From contig CAYQJL010000282.1 of NCBI GenBank assembly GCA_964417675.1, forward strand, positions 1,481 to 65,480: a stretch of DNA of 64,000 nucleotides, given 5' to 3'. Below are positions 41,435 through 50,420 of the stretch, piece after piece. The stretch's first letter is position 1; each line of letters starts with the position of its first letter. Position numbers and translations under genes: made by a program. The notes beneath the pieces are model-generated. The model ran no database searches and was not told where the DNA came from. It was given only the letters and a program-made list of their open reading frames with translations. The stretch comes from an uncultured bacterium. GTDB taxonomy: Bacteria; Eisenbacteria; RBG-16-71-46; CAIMUX01; WJJG01.

Positions 41435-44010
41435 GAATCACCGCTCTTACCCCCTCCGTTAGCCCGGCGCGCCGTGGCGCGCGCCTCCCAGCCTTCTGCT
41501 GTGGCGCGGATCTCGACCGTGCCCACCCGGTCGGTGCGCAGGATCCTCCACCCGGTCTGCCGGGCCGCTTCCAGGACCTCATGATCGGGATGCCCGAAGC
41601 GATTGCGCCGCCCTACCGACACCAGAAGCAGCGGCGCGCCTTCCTGGACGCCGTCGCCTGCCGCCGCGGGCCTCTCGGCCGACGGCCCCGCGACCGTCGG
41701 CCCCGCGGCGGCCAAGCGCCCCGCGGTCAGCAATCCGCGGGGGGTGCTCCCCGCGCTGCCGTGGTGGGCAGCCGACATCGCCACCAGGCCCTCCTCGGGA
41801 AGGCGTCCCATCAGCCGTTGCTGCAGCGGCCCGGGCAGATCACCCCATAGCCAGACGCAACCGCCTCGCAGGGTCAGCTCGATCGCCAGGCAGTCCTCGT
41901 TCCGGCTGCGGCCCCGCTCCCCCCCAGGCAAGTGATGCACCCGAAGCGACAGGGAACCGTCCTGCAGCCGATCGCCGTCGCGCACCCGCCGCAGCCGTCC
42001 TCGGCGCGCCGCCAGCGCCTGCAACCATGTCTCCGTGCGCTCGCTCCGTTCGGCCCCGGCGCCCATCCAGATCTGGCCCACGGTGATCCGCGACGCCGCC
42101 AGGCCGGCCAAACCACCCGAGTGATCCGCGTCGTCATGGGTCAGGATCAGGCAATCGATGTGGTGCCGCCCATACCAACGCAAGGCCCGCGCCGGCGCCC
42201 AGTACGGGTTCTGGCCTTCGGCCGGCGCAGGTCCGGTGTCGATCATCCAGGTGGCGCCAGGGGTCATGACCAGGTAGCAGTCGCCCTGTCCGACGTCCAG
42301 CATCACCACCATTCCGCAGGACGGGATCGAAGGGCACAGCAGCACCCCCATGCCCGCCAGGCCGATCGTGCCGGCCATCCGCAGCCGCCGCTGGAGAACC
42401 CGCTGCCCTGCCACCCAGGCCACCGCGAGGGCCAACAGGATCGCAAGCGGCTCGCTCAACCCGCCTGCCACCGATGTCGCCCGACAGGCATCCGCCACGC
42501 TCTCCAAGGGCCCGTTCAGGCTTGCAACCCACCGGCCGCCTGCCCGGCACGCCAGCGCGGCCGGGAACCCCGGAAGGCTGCCCAGAGCGATCCCCGCGGC
42601 GCCGAGCAACATGAACCCGGCCGCCAGCGGTGCGAAGAGAAGGTTGACCACCACGAACAGCGGGCTGCTCCCCCCCCAGTGCGCCAGGCTCAAGGGCCAG
42701 GCGGCACACTGGGCGGTGATGCCACAACCCAGCCAGAGACCGAGTCGCCGCCTCCAAACACGCGTGACCTTCCCGCGCGGATCGACCTTCGCGCGCGGAT
42801 CGACCGGTCCGCGGTCATCTCCGCCGATCGGCTCCGCCCCCCACGCCCCCACCACCCGCAGAAGGGCCCAGGTCACCGTGTAGCTGAGCTGCAGCCCGGG
42901 CAGTTTCCAGGCCAGCGGCTGATGCCACAGCGTGACGGCCAGCATCATCAGGAGGGCCACGCGCGGATCCAGGCGGCGGCGCAGCCCGCGCGCCGCGAGG
43001 CACAGCACCACCAGGCCGACCGCCCGCTGCACGGCCAGACCACCGCCGCTCACCAGCGCGTAGCCTGGCAGGAGGAGGGCCAGCAGCCACCGGCGCGCCC
43101 CCGAAGGCAGGCCCAGCATGTTCAGCAAGATCACCAGGGCGCCGAAGACGCAACCGACATGAAACCCGCTGATGGTCAGGAAATGCCCGACCCCGCAGTC
43201 GCGCAGCCGCATCGCGGCAGCCTCATCCCCCTGTCCTGGCCGGCGTCCAAGCAGGAACCGGCACACGAATCTCCCCGCCGAACCCGGAAATGCCTCGTCC
43301 AGCCGCTGGGCGGCCCACTCCCGCACCGGGTCGCTCCACGAATGGAGCCGGCCGGCGGATCGGCGGCCCGCCGCCACTGCCACCCGGTTCAACGACCCGT
43401 GCAACCAACCGGTCCCGCCGGCCATCTGGCTGGCCAGGAATCGCCGCCCGTCCCATCCGCCCGGAACGCGCGGCCCCGTCGCCGCTTCGATCCAGAGGAA
43501 CCCCTCCACCCTGTCGCCCATCCAGTGCGCCCCACAGCGGGCGTCGAGCCCCGGAAGCCGCAGTCGCAGGGGCATGCAAAGGGACGCGACCTGACGGTGA
43601 CCGGATGTGCGTATCCGATCGACCGCCAGCCACCACCCACTCCCATTGCGCTCGAGCGTTCCCTGCACCCAGGCCAGGCCCTCCACGCGCGCCGCCGCCG
43701 CTACCTGAAGCTGGGCCTGCTGCAGGGCCTCCGTTCCCCGTCCGAATCCGAGACAGAAGAACGCGGCCACCAAGATGCAAGCCGTCCGGCCCTGCGCGCG
43801 CGCGCCGCCCGCGGCAGGGCACCTCTCCCCCGCACAAAAGGCCAACCCGGCGAGCCATAGGCTGGCTCCCGCGCCGATCAGCGGCACGATCGGCGACAGC
43901 CAGGCGCGCGGGGCCGTGTCCACACCGGCCGCGCCGGTGAGCAGGCCCCCGCTCAGGGCCAGAGCCACGGGGACGATTCTTGGGAATAGGCATGCAACCG
44001 CTCTCTTCAC
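41431..44010 (-). CDS. comEC: ComEC/Rec2 competence protein
   Basis: GVGHFLTISGFHV, QLSY, DVGQGD, THDDADHSGG, HHGS, GRRNRFGHP, RTDRVG. Confidence 0.85.
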   Translation of the reverse strand: MKRAVACLFPRIVPVALALSGGLLTGAAGVDTAPRAWLSPIVPLIGAGASLWLAGLAFCAGERCPAAGGARAQGRTACILVAAFFCLGFGRGTEALQQAQLQVAAAARVEGLAWVQGTLERNGSGWWLAVDRIRTSGHRQVASLCMPLRLRLPGLDARCGAHWMGDRVEGFLWIEAATGPRVPGGWDGRRFLASQMAGGTGWLHGSLNRVAVAAGRRSAGRLHSWSDPVREWAAQRLDEAFPGSAGRFVCRFLLGRRPGQGDEAAAMRLRDCGVGHFLTISGFHVGCVFGALVILLNMLGLPSGARRWLLALLLPGYALVSGGGLAVQRAVGLVVLCLAARGLRRRLDPRVALLMMLAVTLWHQPLAWKLPGLQLSYTVTWALLRVVGAWGAEPIGGDDRGPVDPRAKVDPRGKVTRVWRRRLGLWLGCGITAQCAAWPLSLAHWGGSSPLFVVVNLLFAPLAAGFMLLGAAGIALGSLPGFPAALACRAGGRWVASLNGPLESVADACRATSVAGGLSEPLAILLALAVAWVAGQRVLQRRLRMAGTIGLAGMGVLLCPSIPSCGMVVMLDVGQGDCYLVMTPGATWMIDTGPAPAEGQNPYWAPARALRWYGRHHIDCLILTHDDADHSGGLAGLAASRITVGQIWMGAGAERSERTETWLQALAARRGRLRRVRDGDRLQDGSLSLRVHHLPGGERGRSRNEDCLAIELTLRGGCVWLWGDLPGPLQQRLMGRLPEEGLVAMSAAHHGSAGSTPRGLLTAGRLAAAGPTVAGPSAERPAAAGDGVQEGAPLLLVSVGRRNRFGHPDHEVLEAARQTGWRILRTDRVGTVEIRATAEGWEARATARRANGGGKSGDS

Positions 44011-44105
44011 ACGGGAGCAATAGCGTGGGGCGTGCCAGGGAGACTGGAGCGTGGGAACCCGGCCAGAGCGCGCGGCTGCCGGAGAGCGCGGTCAGCGCGC
44101 GAAGA

Positions 44106-45869
44106 TCACCGAACGAGGATCATCTTGAGCTGGTACTGATGCCCGTTGGCTTCGAGACGCCCGTAATAGAGGCCACCGGGCACCGGCAGACCCTGCGCAT
44201 CCTGCCCGCGCCAGAAGTGAGCGTGGCGACCGGCGGACACTCTCCCATCGAGCAGGCTGAGCACCTGGCGGCCCTGGGCATCGTAGATGCGCAACGTCAC
44301 CGCGCTCGGCGCCGGCAACTCGAACTGGATCAGCGTGTACGGCTCGAAGGGATTCGGGCAGTTGTGCAACCCGACGGCAGACCCGGCTTGATCCGGCACG
44401 CTGGCGGTCTCGTACCGCGAGACGGCTGTGACGGCATAGTTGCAGCCATGCCGGGCGGTCTGGCCGTTGGCGATCACCAGGATCGCCTCCTCGACCTGTG
44501 CCCAGTCTTCCACTCGAAACGCCAGCCGATCGCTCTTGCTCTCCGGAACCAGGACCTCCGGCTCCAGGTTGCTCGGACGCCAGAGGAGCAACCGCACGCC
44601 GCACAGCGTCGCACAGCCACGTACATCCAGCTGCAGAACATTGTCGGCCGAATCCGCCTGGGGGCGCAGCTGCAGGTAGCTGGCGCCGAGGCGGCCGGGC
44701 TGGCGAGTCAACTCCGGACCGCGATTCAGCACCGGATAGCGAGAGAAGGACCTCTCGATCCCGATGCGCTCCGGTCCAGCAACCGCCGCCCCATACGGCT
44801 CGCCCAACGGCGACCGACCCAGGCAGACGTTCCACACCGCCCACTCCAGGAACGCTTCGTCAAGATCGCTGCCCCACTCCCGCAAGGCACGGTCCAGCGC
44901 TTCGATCATCGGCACAGGTGCGTCGCGCCAGATATCCCACGCGCGCCGCAGCAGTCCCCAGCCGAAGCGTCGCTGGAGGTACTCCGGCCACAACCAGGCA
45001 CCGTACTCGTGCGAGCCGTTGCCCAGGTCCAGCGCCCGGTACGGTTCCAGCAAGAGGGCCGGCAGGTAGCGCTCCCGGTCACGCAGATCAGGATAGACAC
45101 GGCCTTCTTCCATGGTGGCCAACTGCTCCATGAACCAGCTGGCCTCCACATCGTACCCATACCCGAACTGGATCAGGTGGTGATATTCATGGGCCAGGGT
45201 CAAGCGCAACGCATCTTCGATGCCCGCCACCGCAAGGCCCGCGAAATCATTGTCGATCACAATGAAGCCGGCATGGCCGGCCGCATCCTCCGACTCCTCG
45301 TGGAGGCTGTAGCCATACACGCTGGGTCCCAGATCCAGAATGTAGACATCGATCCGCTCATCCCCGCCCAGGCGATCCGCGGGCGGCCGGGGCCACTGCT
45401 GCTCGGCCCCATGGTAGACGCGGGCAACCTCCTGCAGCGTCGCCGCCGCCACCTCCAGGTAGCCCGTGGCGCCGAGGTTGGCCGGTAGATCGCGGCCTTC
45501 GCTCGCGAAATGAATGCGGAAATGCGCCCCCACGTCCCGGTACGAATCCAAATGGACCGGCCGCGTGAGATAGGCGCCAAGGCCGAACGGATCCTGCCCC
45601 CCCTGGGTCTGCCCGCCGGCTTTGAACGCGTTGAGCCACGGCGTGGCGCTCCCGGCCGGCGATATCGGCACTGCCTGGGACATGTGCGTGAGGATTTCGG
45701 AGAGTGACCACGCGGCGATATCATCGTGCACGGGCCGGGGCGGGTTGCCGTCTTCACAGACGCCGGCAGGATCGGTCGCGGCGGCCGGCAGGCTGCCGTG
45801 GCCCCCCATGGCCGCCAGCAACAGCAAGGCGACGCCCGCAGCGAAGCTCCTGATTGCGCCTTCCGGCAT
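44106..45869 (-). CDS. Secreted zinc metalloprotease (MXAN_6640-like) with FlgD-Ig/T9SS-type C-terminal domain
   Basis: Signal peptide; AHEYHH..Q and WFME; C-terminal PNPF...IYDAQGR...W.G.D...GLYY.RL...KMILVR. Confidence 0.78.
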   Translation of the reverse strand: MPEGAIRSFAAGVALLLLAAMGGHGSLPAAATDPAGVCEDGNPPRPVHDDIAAWSLSEILTHMSQAVPISPAGSATPWLNAFKAGGQTQGGQDPFGLGAYLTRPVHLDSYRDVGAHFRIHFASEGRDLPANLGATGYLEVAAATLQEVARVYHGAEQQWPRPPADRLGGDERIDVYILDLGPSVYGYSLHEESEDAAGHAGFIVIDNDFAGLAVAGIEDALRLTLAHEYHHLIQFGYGYDVEASWFMEQLATMEEGRVYPDLRDRERYLPALLLEPYRALDLGNGSHEYGAWLWPEYLQRRFGWGLLRRAWDIWRDAPVPMIEALDRALREWGSDLDEAFLEWAVWNVCLGRSPLGEPYGAAVAGPERIGIERSFSRYPVLNRGPELTRQPGRLGASYLQLRPQADSADNVLQLDVRGCATLCGVRLLLWRPSNLEPEVLVPESKSDRLAFRVEDWAQVEEAILVIANGQTARHGCNYAVTAVSRYETASVPDQAGSAVGLHNCPNPFEPYTLIQFELPAPSAVTLRIYDAQGRQVLSLLDGRVSAGRHAHFWRGQDAQGLPVPGGLYYGRLEANGHQYQLKMILVR

Positions 45870-45919
45870 GATCGAACGTTCCTCGCAACTGGTCCGTATG
45901 TAAGATGGACTCTGCCGTG

Positions 45920-45948
45920 AGGATACACGGGTAGCGGGAGGAAGTCAA
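45920..45948 (-). promoter_or_regulatory. Putative sigma-70 promoter of the metalloprotease gene
   Basis: TTGACT-N17-TATCCT. Confidence 0.6.
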
Positions 45949-46045
45949 TCCAGGAGCCGCGCGCAGTGGGCGGGACCTGTATCCACAAAGGCATCTGCCG
46001 CCCCGCCGATGGCTGGGCGAACGCCGGCATCTGGGGATCAGAGGT

Positions 46046-48295
46046 CTAGGAGGCGCTCTGTTCTGCCGTGAGCTCTTCGGGACTGGCCAGGATCAGAATC
46101 CGGTAGAGGCTCGAAACAACCTCCTCCCCCTCCGGCATGGTCACCGAGAAGTAATAGGGCACCTCACGGCCCGGCCGAAGCCACTCTCCCCGCACCCGGG
46201 CGATGTAGGTATTCTGGCCAGGCTCGACCGACACGAGCGGGATCGCCTCGATTCCGCCGACGCCCCCTGGAACGCGCAGCCGCGGCATCCCCAGATCGCC
46301 GGCCCTGGGGCCCTGGATCTGCACGGCCAGAAGCAGCTCGCCTTCTTGGATGACGGCCTGCCCGGGAGGCAGATGGTCGAACTGCGGCCGATCACGCAAG
46401 CCGAACAGCGGCGTGATGAAACGACTGGCGCCCGCCGGAACCTGCAGGATCTCGGAATAGCACTCGCCATCGCTGATGACATCGATCCCATGCAATTCAG
46501 GCGACAGCTCCATCTCCAGCGGCGTCAGTCCGACGAACTCTCCGTCGATCAGGACACTGTCGCCCTCGACCGGACGCAACCCTTCGGTCCTGAGCATGCG
46601 CATGCTCTCCACCCGGACCAGGACACGATCGGCGGCGAACGCGTTGTTGACGGCCACCTGAGCCACCTCACCGTGCCGCACCAGGACCTTGCGTTCCCAC
46701 AGCGGAACCTTCTCATCCTCGAAGAAGACGCGGTACCAGCCCGCCGGGAGATTGTCGATGGCAATCGGCACGTCGTACTTCCTGTCCTGGCCGGCAAGCC
46801 AGGCGCGTGGCGACCCCGAGAGATCCTGCGCCGTGATCTCGAGCCCTCCCAGGAAGTCCGCATGCAGCGCGTGCGACTCTCCATGGCCGAAATCGAGGCT
46901 GTCAGCCCAGACCCCGGCGGCCCCAAGGTGCATCGTGATGATATGCGGACCGCCCGCAATCCGTACGTTGTGGAGCGGTGTCTTGCCCGGCAGCTTGATC
47001 CCGTCGATCGCCACGACGGCCCCCGATGGATTCGAGGTCGCCGTCAGATGCGCCTCGATCTGCGGCACACCCAGACCCGCATCCGACAGCCCGAGGGCCG
47101 CCCGTACGCTCTTGACCACGCCCGGCCAGCCGGCGCCGCCCAGCAGCAAGGCCGCCAGGGCAAACAGCAGAAGCGCCACCGCGATCACCGGCCAGGCCGT
47201 ACCGCGCTTCGATCGCGGACGCCCATGCGCGGCCGGGAACGCAAAGAGGTCGGCCCGCGGGCGGAGCGCTCCGTCTCTTCCGGCCGCGGCCGGCGCAACC
47301 GTGGCGTGCTCCGGGGAATCGCTTTCACGGCCGGCGTGCCGCGCACCGGGCACGTCCCGGGCGCCACCCGGCTGCTGAGCCGGACGCGCCGGCTCCACGG
47401 CGCCTGGTCCTCCATCCGGACACGCCTCCGGGGACCCCGTCGGGGACACCGCTGACGGCACCGTCCGGGACACCGCCGGGGACACCGTCTCTGCCGCGGG
47501 CGTCGTAGCCGATCCCACTCCGGTGACGCCCAGAACGAGTTCTCGGGCCAGATCGGACAGCTCCCCCAGCACGGCCTCGCCCCGCACCAGGTCAAGATGC
47601 TTCTCGGCAACTCCCGGCAGGAGGGGCGCGAAGCGAAACGCGACCACGGCGGCACTCGGCCCCTGGAGGCCCAGCAGATTGACCAGGCCATCGCTGGCAC
47701 GCTTCAGATCTCGCGATTCCGCAAACAGCCTGCCGATCGCCCGTAGATCCGGCGGCTCGGCGGCGTCACCCGTCACCAGGAGGATCTCGTCGTCGGGCAT
47801 GACCCCCAGGGACGTCACCTGCAGACGCAGGTTCTCCGGTCCGCCGAGGGCGTGCCGCCGCGGGTCAGCTACCGGCGGACTCTCGTTCTGCTCCCCGAGC
47901 AGGTGCGTCTTCCCGCCCCGGAGAAGATAGAGCCAGGTCGACTGGGTGCGCACGAAGTAAATCCGGGATTCATCCGCACAGGCCGCCGTCAGGCGGACCC
48001 ATTTGGGATCCTTCATGACCGAGTGGTTCTCGCGATACAGACGATGGTGGGCCGATTCGAGCCCGGCGACCAACCGGCTCACACCCGGCGGAAGAGTCTC
48101 GACCGGTTGGACCGCTGTTTCAGGCTGTTCCAGGTGCGGTAGCACGAAACGCTCGAACGCGTCCGGTGGCTCACAGAATGCCACGCAGCCGATGACGCGG
48201 CCTGGATCGGCCCAGCCGATGGCCTGGCCTCCGTCGATGTGCGCGGTGGCGACCTCGATGCGCAGTGGATTGCCCGCCGGCTGCACAGCTTCCAT
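46046..48295 (-). CDS. Membrane protein: degenerate PP2C-like domain, Pro/Ala linker, single TM, PEGA domains
   Basis: PP2C-like pattern in the N-terminus; TM WPVIAVALLLFALAALLLG; PEGA motifs TSNPSGAVVAIDG..GKTP and VLIDGEFVGLTP; AGGAGG RBS. Confidence 0.7.
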   Translation of the reverse strand: MEAVQPAGNPLRIEVATAHIDGGQAIGWADPGRVIGCVAFCEPPDAFERFVLPHLEQPETAVQPVETLPPGVSRLVAGLESAHHRLYRENHSVMKDPKWVRLTAACADESRIYFVRTQSTWLYLLRGGKTHLLGEQNESPPVADPRRHALGGPENLRLQVTSLGVMPDDEILLVTGDAAEPPDLRAIGRLFAESRDLKRASDGLVNLLGLQGPSAAVVAFRFAPLLPGVAEKHLDLVRGEAVLGELSDLARELVLGVTGVGSATTPAAETVSPAVSRTVPSAVSPTGSPEACPDGGPGAVEPARPAQQPGGARDVPGARHAGRESDSPEHATVAPAAAGRDGALRPRADLFAFPAAHGRPRSKRGTAWPVIAVALLLFALAALLLGGAGWPGVVKSVRAALGLSDAGLGVPQIEAHLTATSNPSGAVVAIDGIKLPGKTPLHNVRIAGGPHIITMHLGAAGVWADSLDFGHGESHALHADFLGGLEITAQDLSGSPRAWLAGQDRKYDVPIAIDNLPAGWYRVFFEDEKVPLWERKVLVRHGEVAQVAVNNAFAADRVLVRVESMRMLRTEGLRPVEGDSVLIDGEFVGLTPLEMELSPELHGIDVISDGECYSEILQVPAGASRFITPLFGLRDRPQFDHLPPGQAVIQEGELLLAVQIQGPRAGDLGMPRLRVPGGVGGIEAIPLVSVEPGQNTYIARVRGEWLRPGREVPYYFSVTMPEGEEVVSSLYRILILASPEELTAEQSAS

Positions 48296-48367
48296 GGCAC
48301 ACCCTCCTGGGTTGATCTGCGGCCGCCGCTCCGGACGGCCGGACTGCTCGACACGGACCGACGCCAG

Positions 48368-49720
48368 CTAGGAAGCCCAGTCCTGCTCCTCCACTGGAAT
48401 CGGGCCCAGGGGCTCCCAGTCGTTGGCCTTCTCCAGATAGGTACGCCACGCCGACCGGGCCTTCTTCTTCAGGCCTTTGCGCTGGTAGGCCTGGCCGACG
48501 TAGTAGTAGCTGGGGGCAAATTCCGGGTTCAGGAAGATCGCCCGCTCGAGGAATTGAAGCGATTCCTCCGGGCGATCGAGCGCCATCGCGGCCTTTCCCA
48601 TCTGAACCAGCATGTCGCTGGACTGGAACCCTTGCTTGAGAATCCGGCCGTATTCGCGCAGACCTTCCTCGTAGCGTCCCGCCCGGCAGAGGAGGTGGGC
48701 CATGCTGTGGCGGGCGGGGAGGTATCCCGGGTTGATCGTCAGCGCACGGCGGAACTCATCGAGCGCTTCATCCACCCGCCCCTCGCCGACGTTCAAGAGC
48801 CCCAGGTTGTAGCGTACGTCGGCATATCCAGGCTTCAGACTGCTGGCAACCTCGAACTGCGCCCGGGCCTCCTCCAGATACCCTTGCGAGGCGTATTCGT
48901 ATCCGAGGGCCATCCGCGCGGGCACGCAGGTGGGATCCGCTTCGATCGCCTCGGTCAACAGCACGATAGCCTGGCTCTCCCGGCCGAAGGCGGCCGCCAG
49001 CTCTGCGCGGTGCATGGCGTGCTGGGCCCGTCGGGGAAAGACGCAGTAGCTGCGATCGTAGCAGTCGACCGCTTTCTCCCGCAGTCCATTGCGCGCATAG
49101 ATGCCCGCCAGGTAGCTGTAGAGATCCTCGGCCAGCGGGGTCCACAGCAGTTGCTCGCAACGCGCCGCGGCCTCCAGGTCGCCCGGCCATGGGTAGAATC
49201 CGAGCCGGCCAAACGCTTCCCGGGAAGCCTCGCTGGATACCGCCGATTCGAGCCGCTCGCGGGCCGTGGCCATGTCACCCTTCCGGAGGGCGAAATGAAA
49301 GGCGTAGTGCCGCGTCAGGGCGGCCTGTGTCTCATCGTCGGTCGGGCCTTCTTGTTCCCCGGCGCCCGGCTCGGTCACCACCCCGGCGTAGTACTCGTCG
49401 GCCAGCTTCCAGTAGATCTCTTCCGGACACTCCTGCTCCCTATCTCCCGCGGCCAGGCTCTCCCCCGGCGGCAGGCCTTGGAGCATGCGCGCAAGGCGCA
49501 GCCCGTAGTAAGCCGCCCGATAGCCGGGATTGATCCCGAGGGCCTCCTCGAATTCGCGTTCGCCCCCGGCGGCGTCACCGCGCAACAGGCGCAGCAACCC
49601 AAGCCGGTGTCGAACATCGGCATAGGTTGGATGAGAGCGGGCTTCTTGCTCCAAGACCTTTTCGGCCTCCTTCGCGGCGTCCAGCAGAAGCCCCACCTCC
49701 GTGCGATAACTGGCCTTCAT
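48368..49720 (-). CDS. Cytoplasmic TPR-repeat protein
   Basis: Repeated PxYADVR(H/Y)xLG and EF..AL.INPGY..A motifs; no signal peptide. Confidence 0.85.
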   Translation of the reverse strand: MKASYRTEVGLLLDAAKEAEKVLEQEARSHPTYADVRHRLGLLRLLRGDAAGGEREFEEALGINPGYRAAYYGLRLARMLQGLPPGESLAAGDREQECPEEIYWKLADEYYAGVVTEPGAGEQEGPTDDETQAALTRHYAFHFALRKGDMATARERLESAVSSEASREAFGRLGFYPWPGDLEAAARCEQLLWTPLAEDLYSYLAGIYARNGLREKAVDCYDRSYCVFPRRAQHAMHRAELAAAFGRESQAIVLLTEAIEADPTCVPARMALGYEYASQGYLEEARAQFEVASSLKPGYADVRYNLGLLNVGEGRVDEALDEFRRALTINPGYLPARHSMAHLLCRAGRYEEGLREYGRILKQGFQSSDMLVQMGKAAMALDRPEESLQFLERAIFLNPEFAPSYYYVGQAYQRKGLKKKARSAWRTYLEKANDWEPLGPIPVEEQDWAS

Positions 49721-49754
49721 GCCAAGGCTCCCTTCATCGACTCATCGACTTGAT

Positions 49755-50105
49755 TCAACCCGCCCCGTGGATCCGCGGAGCCTCACCTTCGGGCGCATTG
49801 AGTTCCATCACCACGTCAACGACCCCGGGAATGCCGCGGACGGCCGTCCGGAGACTGTGAAGAAACCGCTGGCGCGACAGGTCGTCGGCCTCCTCCCATC
49901 CGCCCGGCTCCCGCTCCAGCGCTCCTTTGATGAGAACGACGCCGTCGGTGGTTCCCACCTCGACCGTGGAAAGGGTCACCCAACGCCGGGTCAGGATCTG
50001 CATGACGCGGGCGTTGATGGTGTAGTCCGCCGACAGATTCGCCGGGCCAACCCGACTTCTGTCGTCCTCGCGCGGGAACAGACCGGATGCGCTCGAGTTT
50101 TCCAT
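49755..50105 (-). CDS. Small BON-like domain protein without signal peptide
   Basis: D..I...V...L...VEV...DGVVLIKG...AVRGIPGVVDV; GGAGGAGG RBS before the ATG at 50105. Confidence 0.62.
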   Translation of the reverse strand: MENSSASGLFPREDDRSRVGPANLSADYTINARVMQILTRRWVTLSTVEVGTTDGVVLIKGALEREPGGWEEADDLSRQRFLHSLRTAVRGIPGVVDVVMELNAPEGEAPRIHGAG

Positions 50106-50154
50106 GACCTCCTCCATGCCGGGCGTGGGCTTGCGACCCTGACGGCAAAGGGCT

Positions 50155-50170
50155 TGCAAGCTGTATGCCA
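50155..50170 (-). promoter_or_regulatory. Sigma-54 (-24/-12) promoter
   Basis: CTGGCATACAGCTTGCA has GG-N10-GC and is close to the TGGCAC-N5-TTGCW consensus; about 50 bp upstream of the BON gene. Confidence 0.7.
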
Positions 50171-50420
50171 GAGCACCCGATGCCGTTTCCTTCATGGATC
50201 GGCCCGCGGGAAGCAGTACCTAATCTCTTTTGAGGGAATGTATTCCAGCGATGAGACCGCCGACAGGAAGAGAGGCGGCGATGGGGCGCGGCCAACCGCT
50301 GGCCGCCTCTCGGCGGCCGGGAACGGCAGCCGGTGGTCAGAAATTCACCGGCAAAGGCAGAGGACGCGGAGGGCGCCGATTCCTGCGGCTGCCGGCGGCG
50401 CCGGCCCGCGGAGAGGACCT

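Noticed and set aside
44021-44038. Second possible sigma-54 site (CTGGCACG...ACGCT) before comEC
   Set aside because: The -12 element lacks TTGC and would place the TSS at the start codon; too weak to call.
45979-45987. DnaA-box-like GTATCCACA
   Set aside because: Single one-mismatch copy with no cluster or AT-rich unwinding element.
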